Below are positions 48,855 to 59,990 of a stretch of 64,000 bases of DNA, piece after piece. Numbering within the stretch: the stretch's first letter is position 1; every line of letters begins with the position of its first letter. A program made the position numbers and the translations under genes. Under the pieces are notes generated by a model. It had not been told where the DNA came from. It ran no database searches and saw nothing but the letters and a program-made list of their open reading frames with translations. Source of the stretch: Protoeuglena noctilucae (taxonomy: Eukaryota); the NCBI GenBank assembly GCA_958009085.1, contig OY253669.1, positions 682,001-746,000 of the forward strand. The letters are read 5' to 3'.

Positions 48855-49349
48855 CGCGAGACCCGCGCGCAACACTCAGGTCAAGCACGATGGTCCCTGG
48901 GTGCAGGAAAGCTTCGCAGGGCTGCCACGGCGAGCGCCCCGCGCGATGCCCTGCGGCCGATCCCAGCAGGAGAGCACGGTGTGCGAGACTGGCGACCCAA
49001 TGCAGTTCCAAGGCCGCATACGCGATCTCATTGAACCCCACACACGCAGGTAGTCCCTCGTCTGCGAGGCCCTAGGCGCACTGCGTGCGCCGAGGGTGAC
49101 GTACGAGAGTGGGGAGCAAGAGATGCGCGCGTCGGCGACCCAGTCCGCGCAGTCTTTGCTGTGCCTGAGAGGCTAGCGAGAAGGGCGGTAAAAGGCGGCA
49201 GGCGAAGTGCTGCCAGTCGTGGTTCAAAACGCCAGTGCCTATGCCAGTGCCCATGTGCGCTGGCACGCCAGCGCACCCGCTGGCGCTTGCAGAGAACACA
49301 AGTGCGATACCCCGCGGCGGTGGGCTCATCCACGGGACCTGCCCTGCGC

Positions 49350-51262
49350 CTACTGCGCCGGGGGCGGGGGCGGCACGGGCCCAGGCGGCTGCGGCGGGCC
49401 CTGGGAAGGACGGGGCCCAGGGGCGGAACCTGGCGGGGCGAACGTCGGAGGAGGCGGGATGGGGTTGGGCGGCACGGCCGGGCGGAAGGCTCCCGGGGGC
49501 GGCATCGACATGGGCGGTGGTGGGATGGGCATGCCCATCCCCATGCTCATCATGGGCATGGGCGGGGGCGGCGGGATGTTCATGCCCGCCGGGTACGCCC
49601 CGGAGAGGGAGCCCGGGGCCTGCATGGCCGGGGGCCGGGGCGGCATACTGATGGGCGGGGGGCGGGCCACCCCGGCCTGGGCGTGGAGGGGTGGCGGGGG
49701 GAGGATGTTGGGCGGGGGACGCGGCGGGGCGTTCATGGGAGGCGGAGGCATGGAGGACGGTGGGGCTGGGACCCCGGCGGAGTCGGCGGACTTGGGCGGC
49801 TGCGGCCCCGGGGGGGGCGCGGTGGGCGGGGGCGGCAGGGACGTGGGGGGTGCGGGGAGCGGCGGGCGCCCGGCGTCGCTGCAAGAGAACGAGACGGCGA
49901 ATGTTCGTCGACGGCCTCCTCAAGCCGCGCGGTCCAGTTTCTCCATGTAAGCGCACAGGGCTTCTGCAGCCATCGCCTTGCCTTCGTGGGGGGGCCATCC
50001 CCTCGGGGACCGGCGGCGGTGGCGGCAGGACGAACGCGTTCGCCACGCGCATCTTGAAGGTGATCATGAGCGTGTAGATCTTGCGGTCGGGGTCGTAGTG
50101 CGCGCAGAAGCGGCTCTTGTCCGTCTGCGGGGCACGGGTGATAAAAAGCGGCGTCTGCGGATGCCATAAGCCGAGAATGCGAGACGCACACGGCAGGGGA
50201 GAGAGCAGGACTGGATCTAACGCCAGCATGCCTGCAGACTGCCGTGGGCGGGCGCGCCGGGCGGCCCAGCGTGACGGAAGCAAGGAAGTCACCTTGTCGA
50301 TTTCCAGGCTGGGGACTTTAAAAGAGATGATTTGGTACGGGTCCGCGTGGAACAGCAGGTACTGCCAGTTCTTGTCGTGGGGCTCCACGCGCTGCTCGAA
50401 AGCGCTCATAAACCGGTGCCGCGGCTTCTTGCCCTCCTCGATCTCCGGGTACTCCACCTCGAACAGCAGGGACTTCAGGCCCGTGTCCGGGTCGATCTGC
50501 TTGGTGACGCGGTACCCAGGCCGGCCAATCTTGATCACCCGCCGCGTCGGCTCAATCTGGCGGCACAAGTAAGACCGGGGCCGGTTGGTGAGCAAGCCAT
50601 GCAAGCGGACGGCAGCGACGTCGATCGCGGGCACGCCGCGGGCGCGGCTCTCGCCTTCGCCTTCACGACCGGCGCGATGGGATGGTCCTTCTGCTCCAGC
50701 GCGGCACGCTTGGCCAGGTTCTGCTGGTGCCGCTTGCCCTGGGTGTGCGCGAGGTACGAACCCTCGTTGTCGTGCAGCGTCAGGCAGAGGCGGCACTCGA
50801 TCTTGCCAATGTGGTTGCGGAAGTAGTACGGGTCCTTCTCCAGGTCGATCGTCTCCAAAGCGAGCCGTCGCAGGCCTGCAGGCGATCGACAGGACCAACA
50901 CGTTGCCGCGGGCACTCTGTGCTCGTGTCAAGCCCGCGGGCCCGGCGCGGTGTGGCCCGTGGCGGCGCTCGCCACTCCGTGGCCCCCAGGCGCGGTCAGA
51001 CGCCTCCAAAACCACCCAGCTCGTAAACACGCATTTCCACCGTGCTATTAGACCAAAGCAGGGGGGGATTGCAGCTCACTGCCGCGCCGGCACGCGCAAA
51101 AAGGACGGGGCAAGCAATCGCAGCCTGCGCTGGCCATCGCCGGCCCAACCAGACGTGTGCTATGCCTGACTCACGTTCCCTCCGATCCGCGTTGGCCTGA
51201 GCCTCGGAGACAAACCCAGTCCCGGGCTTGACGCCGTGCTCTCGGGCGTCCATGAACGACAT
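49350..51262 (-). CDS. SF3A2: Splicing factor 3A subunit 2 (Prp11/SAP62)
   Basis: DRRER|LRRLALETIDLEKDPYYFRNHIGKIECRLCLTLHDNEGSYLAHTQGKRHQQNL, KIGRPGYRVTKQ, PRHRFMSAFEQRVE, then a Pro-rich tail. Two GC donors. Confidence 0.96.
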
Positions 51263-51672
51263 GGTCTCCCCCCCTCACGCGACCCTCCCTGGCCCCGACA
51301 GGGGCTACCTCAGGACCTGTGTGCCCCTATGCACCAGCGACGGCCCGTGAATCCCCGAAGATCGGCGATGTCGTCGCAGCTGGGGATGTCCGTGGCTCTC
51401 CGGATCGCAGATGCCGCGATGCGAGCGACCCGGTGATATAACGCGCGAAGTTGTCTGCGGCCACGGGCGTCGCCACGCTCTGTGGTCTTCCGGCAGCGCG
51501 CACACGCAGTCACTTGCATCGAGTCAGGGAAATGGAGGGCCCAATACCACCTGCCACGCGAGAATCCCCATCATTACGCCGTCCAGGTGCGGCCACCTGC
51601 GGTCCGGACGCAAGGAGCGGCGCACAGACCCGCAAGCGCAGGGCCGGGCGCCGCGTCCGGCGCGCGGAAGCC
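51263..51672. promoter_or_regulatory. Putative bidirectional promoter between SF3A2 and SART1
   Basis: Only 410 nt between the divergent ATGs, which must hold both 5' UTRs and promoter elements. Confidence 0.5.
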
Positions 51673-54600
51673 ATGGCGGACGGGAACGGCGAGTCGGGCT
51701 ACAAGCCCGTCGTCCAAGAGGAGAATGGGGAGCTGAGCATGAGCATCGAGGAGACGAACCGGTTGCGTGCTTCGCTGGGGCTGAAGCCGCTGGCGGTGAG
51801 CAGATGCGCGACGCGCTGGCTTGCCGGAGCATGTCAGTCGAGCCTCATATTCCCAACGAACGCGCTGGTGGAAGGCAGGGTCTGTTGGCGCGGCCGTTTG
51901 TGAGCAAGGCTTTCCCGACGCGCACTGCGTGCGTTCGCCCCGCCTTCGCCGCAGGTGACCACTCAGACGAGGGCGGATAAGGCAAAAGAGGAACATGAGC
52001 GTGGGATGGCGGCGCGGGAGGAGAGGGAGCAGAAGGAGGCGTCGGCAAAGGCGAGGGCAGGGGAACTGGAGAGCGCGTGCGCGTGACCACGCCGCGCAGC
52101 GTCCCCGCGAGCGCGGCTTCTCCCTCGCCATCTATCTCGCAGATTCGGGCAAAGCTTCAGGAGATGGCCGACAAGAGGAGGGTCGAGGAGCGCCTGCGCA
52201 GCGTGCGTACGCTGGGGGAGGCAGAGAGCGGGGGCGAGGACGACGTGATGGCGTGGGTGCAGCGCAGCCGGAAGCTCCACGAGGTGCGGTGCAAGCTCCA
52301 GCTGTCGCGGGTCGTAGGGCGCCGCAGGGACGGGATCGCTGAGGAACCTCTGCGGAGCCCGGGGCAGTTCGCTGGGGAACGCTTGCGTGACGTTCAGCGT
52401 GGCAGCGTTTGTGACCCGCAGCAGCAGAAAGAGGAGGAGGACGCAAGGCGGCAGGCGGAGGCGCGGGGGCGTGCCCGCAAGCGTCGGCGGGAGGCGGACG
52501 GAGAGGGGGCTGACGAGGAGGAGGGGGCCGACGAGAAAGACGGCGGGGGCTACTCGGCGAAAGAGATGGCTGGGATGAAGGTCAAGCACGCGGGGGAGTT
52601 GGAGCTGGGCGAGACGGCCATCCTGACGCTCAACGACCGGGGCGTGTTGGACGAGCAGGGCAACTTAGTCGAGGACGACGACGAGCAGCTCGTCGACGCG
52701 GTCCGGCTGCAGGCGAGAGGGCATGTTGGCGCGCTTCAGAGGGCCGTGGCTGCTTGCATTGCAGGCGGAGGTCGGCTCGGCCGTAAGCCAGCTCGGCTGC
52801 TTTGCGCGGCCCTTCGTGCCGTGAGGCGTGAGCAGCCGAGCTGCCGTGAGCATTCACATGACCTCACATCACCTGTGCCGTTGTGTCATATCGCGCAGGA
52901 GAAGAAGCGGGAGCACGCCAAGAAGATCAGCCGTGCGCGGAAGGGCTACTCCGGGGTGAAGGCGCTTGAAGAGGGCGACACGGGCCTCCTGGCGCAGTAT
53001 GACGAGGAGGAGGATTTCCGCGATACCTCGGAGGCTCTGGTGCTCGACGGCGACGGGACGCTGGCGGCGAAGAAGGCGAGGGGTTGCAGCTTAGCGCAGG
53101 GGCAGCCACGGTGCCGTTCGCAGCCACGTACGGGGGCGGACATGCGGGCTGCCACATGTGGCCGTGTGGTTCGTGACGGAGTTAGAGACAAGTCAGTGCG
53201 GTCCATTCCCTGCGCGCGCAGGCTCGGGAGGAGGAGGAGGTGAAGGCGAGGCTGGCGGAGCGGCTTGCGTCGGTGGAGGAGCGGGCGCGGCAGCAGGGGG
53301 ACTACATGTCCAAGGAGGAGGCGGTGGGGATGGACGAGATCCGGGAGAGGAAGCGGAAGAAGAAGTCAAAGAAGGAGAGGCGTCTGCGGAAGAAGGACCA
53401 CGACGAGGGCGAGGAGGGCGCTACGGACGCCCTCATTGCGCAGGCGAGGCGTGGGGGTGGCACTGGCGTGCGGGATGGCTGGAATGAAACGAGGGGCGTG
53501 CGGGGATGTGGGCGGGGGCTGGGCGATGGACGGCGGTATGTGTGACTGATGCCCGACACAGCTCGCGCCCCCGCAGCTCGAGGCCCAAGCGGAGGGTGAG
53601 ACGCAGAGCGACCTGGGCACGCGGTCGCAGCGGGAGAGGATGGTGGCGGAGCGGGCCAGGAAGGAGGCGGAGGAAGTGAGGAGTTGGCCGGGCCATGCCT
53701 CGCCCCGCGCTGCGCGTCCTTTTGCTGTGCCGCGTGTAGTGTCGGCTGCAGTCTCAACCTCCGCCTGTGCTTGGCCGCAGCGCGACGCTCGCAAGGCCCG
53801 CTTCCAGCGCGCGTTGGACCAGGCCAACGAAGCGTCGCGGGCCCTCAAGCCGACGTCGTCACTCGCCCCGGCAGCTCCCGATGCCGACGGGGTGGCGGAC
53901 GAGGACGAGGAGCTGCAAGCGAGCCTGGAGCGGGCGCGGCTGGCGGCACAGAAGGCCGGGAGGGCGCAGGAGAGCCTGGCGGGGGTGGCGCGGAGCTTGG
54001 TGGCCAAGCGGGAGCAAGAGGAGAATGCGGGGCCAGTCACGGCGGGCGGCGTGGTGTTCACGGACGCTGTCGAGTTCCTGCGGTGAGCGAGGCCGCGTGT
54101 GGATGACAAAAGGGTTTTGCGGATCGCGCGATCACGAGGGACGGGCGTGGCAGATGCGTATTGAACAACGGGGCTGGCCATGTGCTGGATCGTTTCTTGC
54201 GTGTTGCGCGCGCAGGGGCATTGAGGCGGCGGACGCGGGCACGTCGGGGGGAGTGAAGGACGAGGAGGGGTTCGCGGGGGCGGAGGATGTCGACATGGAG
54301 GGCGGTGCGAACGACGAGGCGGGGCCGTCAGGCGAGGGGCGGGGATGGTGCATGCGCGGCGTGCCTGTTGACGGGCAGCGGATGCGCTTTTTCAGCCGCG
54401 CCGGCGGTGGCCTTTCACAGCCACGCAGCCCACTTACGCGCCCCGCTGTCTCTTGGTTGCCTTGCAGGCGGTGGGAGGGCAAGGCAGTACCGGAGAAAGG
54501 CCGAGGGCACCGACGCGCCCGGAGAGATGCCGCCGCCGCACAGCCGCGCGCCGGAGACCGTCACGGCGGAGAGGGCGGTCGGCCGGGGCCTGGGATCCGC

Positions 54601-55435
54601 TTTGACGTTGCTGCGGTGAGGGCAGAGGGTGCCTGCGAAGCATTGCGACGGACCACTGCTGCTCATCGCCTCTTCCTGCCATGGCTGCGGCTGGCATTGC
54701 TCGGCGCCTTGTCGCAGAATCCTCGACTGACCTGCCCCTGGCCGCCCTGCCCGAAGGGAGAAGGGGGAGCTGTCGGAGCAGATCCAATGGGCGGGCCGCA
54801 ACAACGACATGAAGAAGGTGGCGGTGCAGGAGGTGGAGGACGCTCTGTTCGGGGCGTCGCACCTGCGTGGAGGCGACAGCATGGAGGTGAGCCTCCGCCG
54901 GGCCTTGTACGTTAGAGTTGTGTCAGCCCGACAGGGCGTTCAGTGTGCGGTAAGAGAGCCCTCGGCGCCGTCCCTGGCTCGCGAGCGCCGCTCAGCAGCT
55001 GCGGCTTACGTACATGCAGATCCGGATCGAGAACGCCTTGCGCAAGGTGGACGATTTCGGGCGCATCTTGACGCCCAAGGAGGCGTGGCGCCAGGTCAAC
55101 TACAGCTTCCACGGGTGGGGCGCTTCGAAGAACAAGCGGGAGAAGATCATCAAGAAGTACGTCGAGGATCTTAAGTCGAAGGTAAGACGATGCATCGGTC
55201 GTCATGCGGGGTGTCGGGAGGGCTGGGTGCGAGGGTGGGGCGTCGCTAATGCGTTTTCCTGACCCCTCCTGGCGTGCAGAAGGCCGCGAGCTCATTAGCG
55301 GTGAGCAGCACGGCCCAGGTTAAGGAGCAGAAGGCCAGGGAACAGGGCGGGGCCTTCACGGTTGTGAAAGGGGAGATAAAGCCCGGGCAGACGCGGGAGG
55401 GCGCGGGCAAGTACGCCACGCGGCACGACGACTGA
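51673..55435 (+). CDS. SART1: U4/U6.U5 tri-snRNP protein SART1/Snu66
   Basis: HIND motif LSMSIEETNRLRASLGLKPL, GMKVKH...ILTLNDRGVL, LLAQYDEE, GLGSALTLL, DDFGRILTPKEAWRQVNYSFHGWGASKNKREK. About 11 introns, five with GC donors. Confidence 0.93.
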
Positions 55436-55674
55436 GGCCTAATCGCTGCATGACGCGAGGGCGGTGGGAGTGCTTCCGTCAGGACCTTGAAATCTTGCAT
55501 CGCGCCAGGTCGGCCCGGCACTGGCGCCAACGCCAGCAACTGTCTCTTGCACAAACGAGTCGCACAGCCGCTCGACAGCAAGAAGAGAAGAGCGTCACAT
55601 CTGGCAACCTCGCTAGCAACCGAAGAGCCGCTGGCTAGGAGTGCGTTGCGGATCACGTGCATGCCCCACGGCAT

Positions 55675-56188
55675 ATGATGCCATCGCCTGTGGAGGTCCA
55701 GAGCCTTTTTCGGGCGTTTTTCCGCGAAGGTGCGAGACAGCTCTGTACTCGAGCGAATCTGCGACGCAGGAGCCGCCTGGGCGCGGCGGGAGGGCGACCG
55801 AGTGTTCGTCGCTTGCTCGCAGCCCGGAAGCACTCCAACTACAACATCCGCGCGTACGTCAGGAGGAGCGTGAGCCGAGAGTTCAAGAAGAACGGTGAGA
55901 CGCCGCCGGGCCGTCGGGATCGACTCTGCTGGCGCTTCTCCAGGGTTTGCTGGCTCGTGATGGCGATGGCTGCGACAGGCCGCATCGACAGCCGCCCCAC
56001 TGCAAGCGCTGCTCGCAAACTCTGTTTCTCCTTGCCTTGCAGCTGGGGAGACGGACCCGGCGAGGGTGCAGCAGCTCTTCGACTTTGGCAAGGACCAGCT
56101 CGCGCTTGTCCGGCGCAGCGTCCTGGTCCAGGCCCTCTACGGCCGACCGCAGCGCTTAATCCTCGAGGTTCAGGGGCGCGGTGCTTGA
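55675..56188 (+). CDS. ISD11: LYR-motif protein ISD11/LYRM4 (mitochondrial Fe-S cluster assembly)
   Basis: Three exons: MMPSPVEVQSLFRAFFRE|ARKHSNYNIRAYVRRSVSREFKKN|AGETDPARVQQLFDFGKDQLALVRRSVLVQALYGRPQRLILE...*. Confidence 0.88.
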
Positions 56189-56344
56189 GGCGCCCCCTCT
56201 CCTATGCCTGCGCTCGTCCCCCGCCATTGCTGCCGAGACGCGCTGGCATGAGCTCGACGGACGCTTGCCTCCCGTAGCGTCGCGGCTGCGAAGCTCCTGT
56301 TATCCGGACGGCGGTCGTGACCTCGCCAGAGGCCAGCCGCAGCC

Positions 56345-57448
56345 ATGGCAACGCTTTCGGACATGCACACGCAGGCGCGGCGCCTCGTGCTGCATATCAG
56401 GGGCAACCTCGACAAGTTCGAAGGCCTGGAGGGCGCTTGGCGGGCGCGGGATGGCATGGCAGGATCCGCGCCGGACGGCGACGGGTGGGCGGGGGCCGTG
56501 CCGGGGCGGCCGTGGGACGCGACCTCCGGCCTCCGCCCCACGTCACGCGGGGTGACCAGCCACGTGGGGATCGAGAAAACCGATAAAGAACTTATGGAAA
56601 CGGAGGAGACAGCGAGGCAACAATTGTGGCACCTGGACGCCATATGCAGAACGCTGGAGGGGAACTGGAGGCAGCAGGTGGGCGCACAGCCGTTGCATGA
56701 GAGGGGCGGCCGTTCAGAGGAGGGAGGCAAAGTGCCCCGCGTGTTCGCCGCAGGTTGTGTCCGAGGGGCCGAGTCAAAGGGACGTGTGGCAGCGAAAGGT
56801 GGAGCAGGTGCGGGCGGACTACGCAAGTTTGCACGCGGAGCTGGAACATGTGACGCGCCGGGTCGACCGGAGGCGCGCAGAGGAGAAGCTGAGGGCTGAG
56901 CTGCTGAGTAGAGTGGACGTCAACGGGGAGGCAGAGAGGTGCGCGGTGCATGGGCGGCAGACCTGTGGCACGCATGTCGGCAGGCTCATATCGAGAGCAG
57001 AGAGCACAGGGGCTTTCCAAGCACCTTTCCACGCAGAGCACGGCACGAGTTCGACGTGGAGGGCCAGATGATGCAGAGCGTGAACAGCTCAAAGCGCGTC
57101 TTGGCAGAGGCCTTGGCAACGGGCAGCGCCGTGCTGGAGCGCATGGGGGCGACGAGGGAGCGGCTCAAGGGAGCGCAGAGGTGAGCGGAAGCGATTGGCG
57201 CGCGGCATGCGCTTTTTTCGATGCTGGTTGAACTCGGCGCGGGTGCGGTGGCTGGCCCTTCGTGCACTCCGTCCGCCCGTCACGCGCGCAGGAAGGCGCT
57301 GGACGTCATCAACTCGCTGGGCCTCTCGGACTCAGTCCTGCGCGTCATCGAGCGGAGGCAGTTCCGGGACCAAGTGATCGTCTATGGGGGGATTGCCCTC
57401 GTCACGATTGTGGTGCTGTATCTGCTTTGGCGAAAGCTGGTGGCATGA
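56345..57448 (+). CDS. Membrin/Bos1 (GOSR2-type) Qb-SNARE
   Basis: DVWQRKVEQV, RAELL, SNARE segment SVNSSKRVLAEALATGSAVLERMGATRERLKGAQR|KALDVINSLGLSDSVLRVIERR, C-terminal TM VIVYGGIALVTIVVLYLLW. Confidence 0.9.
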
Positions 57449-57499
57449 GGGTCCCGCGCGCCTCGCCATGCTCATTTAACGCACCCACCGTCTCCCGCG

Positions 57500-58596
57500 A
57501 TGCGCTGCGTCCTCCGGCCAGGCTTGCGCTCGCCGTCGACCCTGCGAGCCGTGAAAACCATGGCCGGCACCGCCCAAGACCTCAAACAGCTGCCCCGGTG
57601 GTGGGACGAGAACACCATCGCGGTGGTGTCTGGAGCGAACAAAGGCATCGGCCTGGAGATCGCGCGGCAGCTCGCGGACCTGGGCATGCACGTCGTCCTG
57701 GGATCCAGGCGAGGAGAGCTCACGGGGTCGCGTTGAGCATCTCGTCCTTGCCGTGTCGAGGACTTTGCGTCGATGCGACTGCGTGCGCGGTCCGACTTCG
57801 CACAGAGACGCTGAGCGCGGGAAGGAGGCCGTGCGGAACATCACGTTGCAAAACAGCGCAGCCAAAGTCGAGTGCGCCGCGCTGGACATCACCGACGAGG
57901 CCACGGTCACGCGTCTAGTTGGTGAGCATCGATCACGTGCTGCCCTCCTCGCCCGATGCGCCGGTGCGACGTGGCCGGTCTCGGCGGTGGCCTGCAGGCG
58001 ACTTGCGGGCCCGCGAGGGCAAGGAGGTGGCGGTGCTCGTCAACAACGCGGGCATTGCCTTCAAGGGCGACACCTGGGGCGCCGAGGAGGCCCGGCAGAC
58101 CATCGAGACCAACCTGCGGGGGACCCGGCGCATGACCGAGGCCATGATGCCCCTGCTGACCCCCCACGCCCGCGTGGTGAACGTCAGCTCGCGCGCGGGG
58201 CTGCTCAGCATCTTCGCTGCCGGCCGCGCCGAGGCGACGGACCGCATCGCGCGCGAGGGCTCGGTGCAGGACGTCGACGGCGTCGCCGAGGACTTCCTGA
58301 GGTCCGTGGCGGACGGCAGCTACGCAGATAAGGGCTTCCCTCGCTCCATGTACGGGGTGAGCAAGGCGCTGGAGAACGCCTACACGCGTGTGGTGGCCCG
58401 GGAAGCCGCGAGGGACTGCCCGGGGCTCCTCGTGGCGGCCATGTGCCCCGGGTGGTGCGCGACGGACATGAGCAGCTGGCGAGGCCCGCGGAGCGCGGCC
58501 CAGGGAGCGGACACGGCCGTGTGGCTGTGCGTGGCGCCAGAGGAAAGCATTCAGACGGGACAGTTTTGGGCAGACCGGCAACGCATCAGCTGGTGA
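57500..58596 (+). CDS. Short-chain dehydrogenase/reductase, carbonyl-reductase type (start at 57500 or 57560)
   Basis: AVVSGANKGIG, VLVNNAGI, VVNVSS, YGVSK (YxxxK), CPGWCATDM, GADTAVWL. Confidence 0.92.
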
Positions 58597-58744
58597 TGGG
58601 TGGTGGGTGGCTGTGTGGCTGTGGTCGGCGCCAGCGGGCACCAAACGAGGGTAGAGAGCCAATCAACTAGCAAAATCGACTGCGCGGCGGGGTGTGAATG
58701 CGCGCTACGAGCTCCCAGTCTGCAACTGCTATCACGTAGTGCTG

Positions 58745-59448
58745 CTACCGCGAACCTCTCGCGAACAAGGACGTGAAGTCGAGGTGCACGCCCAGCTCGG
58801 CCGCGTCGTCGTCGGCCACAAAGTCGTTGCTGAGCGTCTTAGCCGGGCGGGGCCGGGGTTGCGTGGGCCCCGTGAACGACAGGTGCCCCGCCAGGTCGTT
58901 GCTGATTGCGTGGGCCAGGCGAGCCCGGCGAGACCCCACCGGGCGTAAGGCGTCGGCCGAGGTCGCCCCGTCAGCGCCCGAGTCCGCGCGCCCCCGCTGC
59001 TGCTGCAGCATGGACTGCGAGCTCCTCCCTTGCATCTGCTGCATCCGCTGCACTCGCCGATCCTCCTCCCGCACCTCGGGCGCCAAGCACGTGAAGAGGC
59101 AGCGGCCCATCCGGCTTACCAAGCCGCCCGGCTCGCTGGCCCGCCCGCGGGCCGCGCCATTTCCAAAATCCACCGTCTCTCTGCTCGAGTACTTGCTCAC
59201 GGGCATCGCAAGGGAAGCCGGGGACGCCTGGCGGGAGAGGCCCTGTGGCGACAACGATGCGATGCATTTGGAGCGACGCCCACGCGCTCAGGAAGGGCCC
59301 GTGCAAGGTCTCCACAACTCTTACGGACAAAGTATGACCTTTCCCGCAACTGACGGGCGGCGCGGGGAGTCGCAGTGGCTCAAGGAGCGCTGTGAGCCTT
59401 GTGAGCCCTGTGAGCCCCAATTAGCCCCGCCCTCACCTTGGTCGCCAT
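58745..59448 (-). CDS. Hypothetical low-complexity protein
   Basis: MATK|gtgagg micro-exon splices in phase to GLSRQASPASLAMPVSKYSSRETVDFG...DFTSLFARGSR*. No recognisable domain. Confidence 0.45.
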
Positions 59449-59990
59449 GATCGCTGAATCTTTTCGCATGTCACATCCCAGTGGCTGCAGCTTTTTCCTT
59501 CGCGATGCAGATGAGCCGTCGAAAGCCGGGTCTGAGCAAGTCGTCGCGTGTGCGTTCTCTGCGCGCACAGGCAGGGATTCAACGTGCCTCATTCCTCGCG
59601 ATCAACACTCCCGCTCCGCAACACGCGACAAGCCTCGCTCTCTGCGCTGCTCGCGCCCCCACCGACCGTGTCAAAGTTAGACGTCACCCCTGTGCATGCG
59701 GGGCGCGCCCCGTTGTGCGTTCCCTATCGACTCTGATCATTTTTTGTGCGCAGGCTGGAGGGGGCGGGTCAGCACGACAGGTCGACACGCCGTCGCTCTG
59801 GCCCGGGCACTGGCAAGGTTTGCAGCGCCTCTGCGAGCATGCAAGGCCGCCCTCACCATAAAATTCGCACCTAAATTTGCCTCGCCTCGCCTGGCGCCAC
59901 GCTGCTTCCCCTTAGAGACAGCCCAGGGAGTGCGCGCCTCGACCTGGCGGCGTGCCGACGACGCGAATGGCTGCGGGTTGCGATGAGGGA

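Noticed and set aside
59391..59418. Short tandem repeats (TGTGAGCCY x3; also 1546-1570, 10619-10647, 24764-24800, 41738-41755)
   Set aside because: Small slippage-type duplications in introns or UTRs with no spacer structure, so not CRISPR-like.
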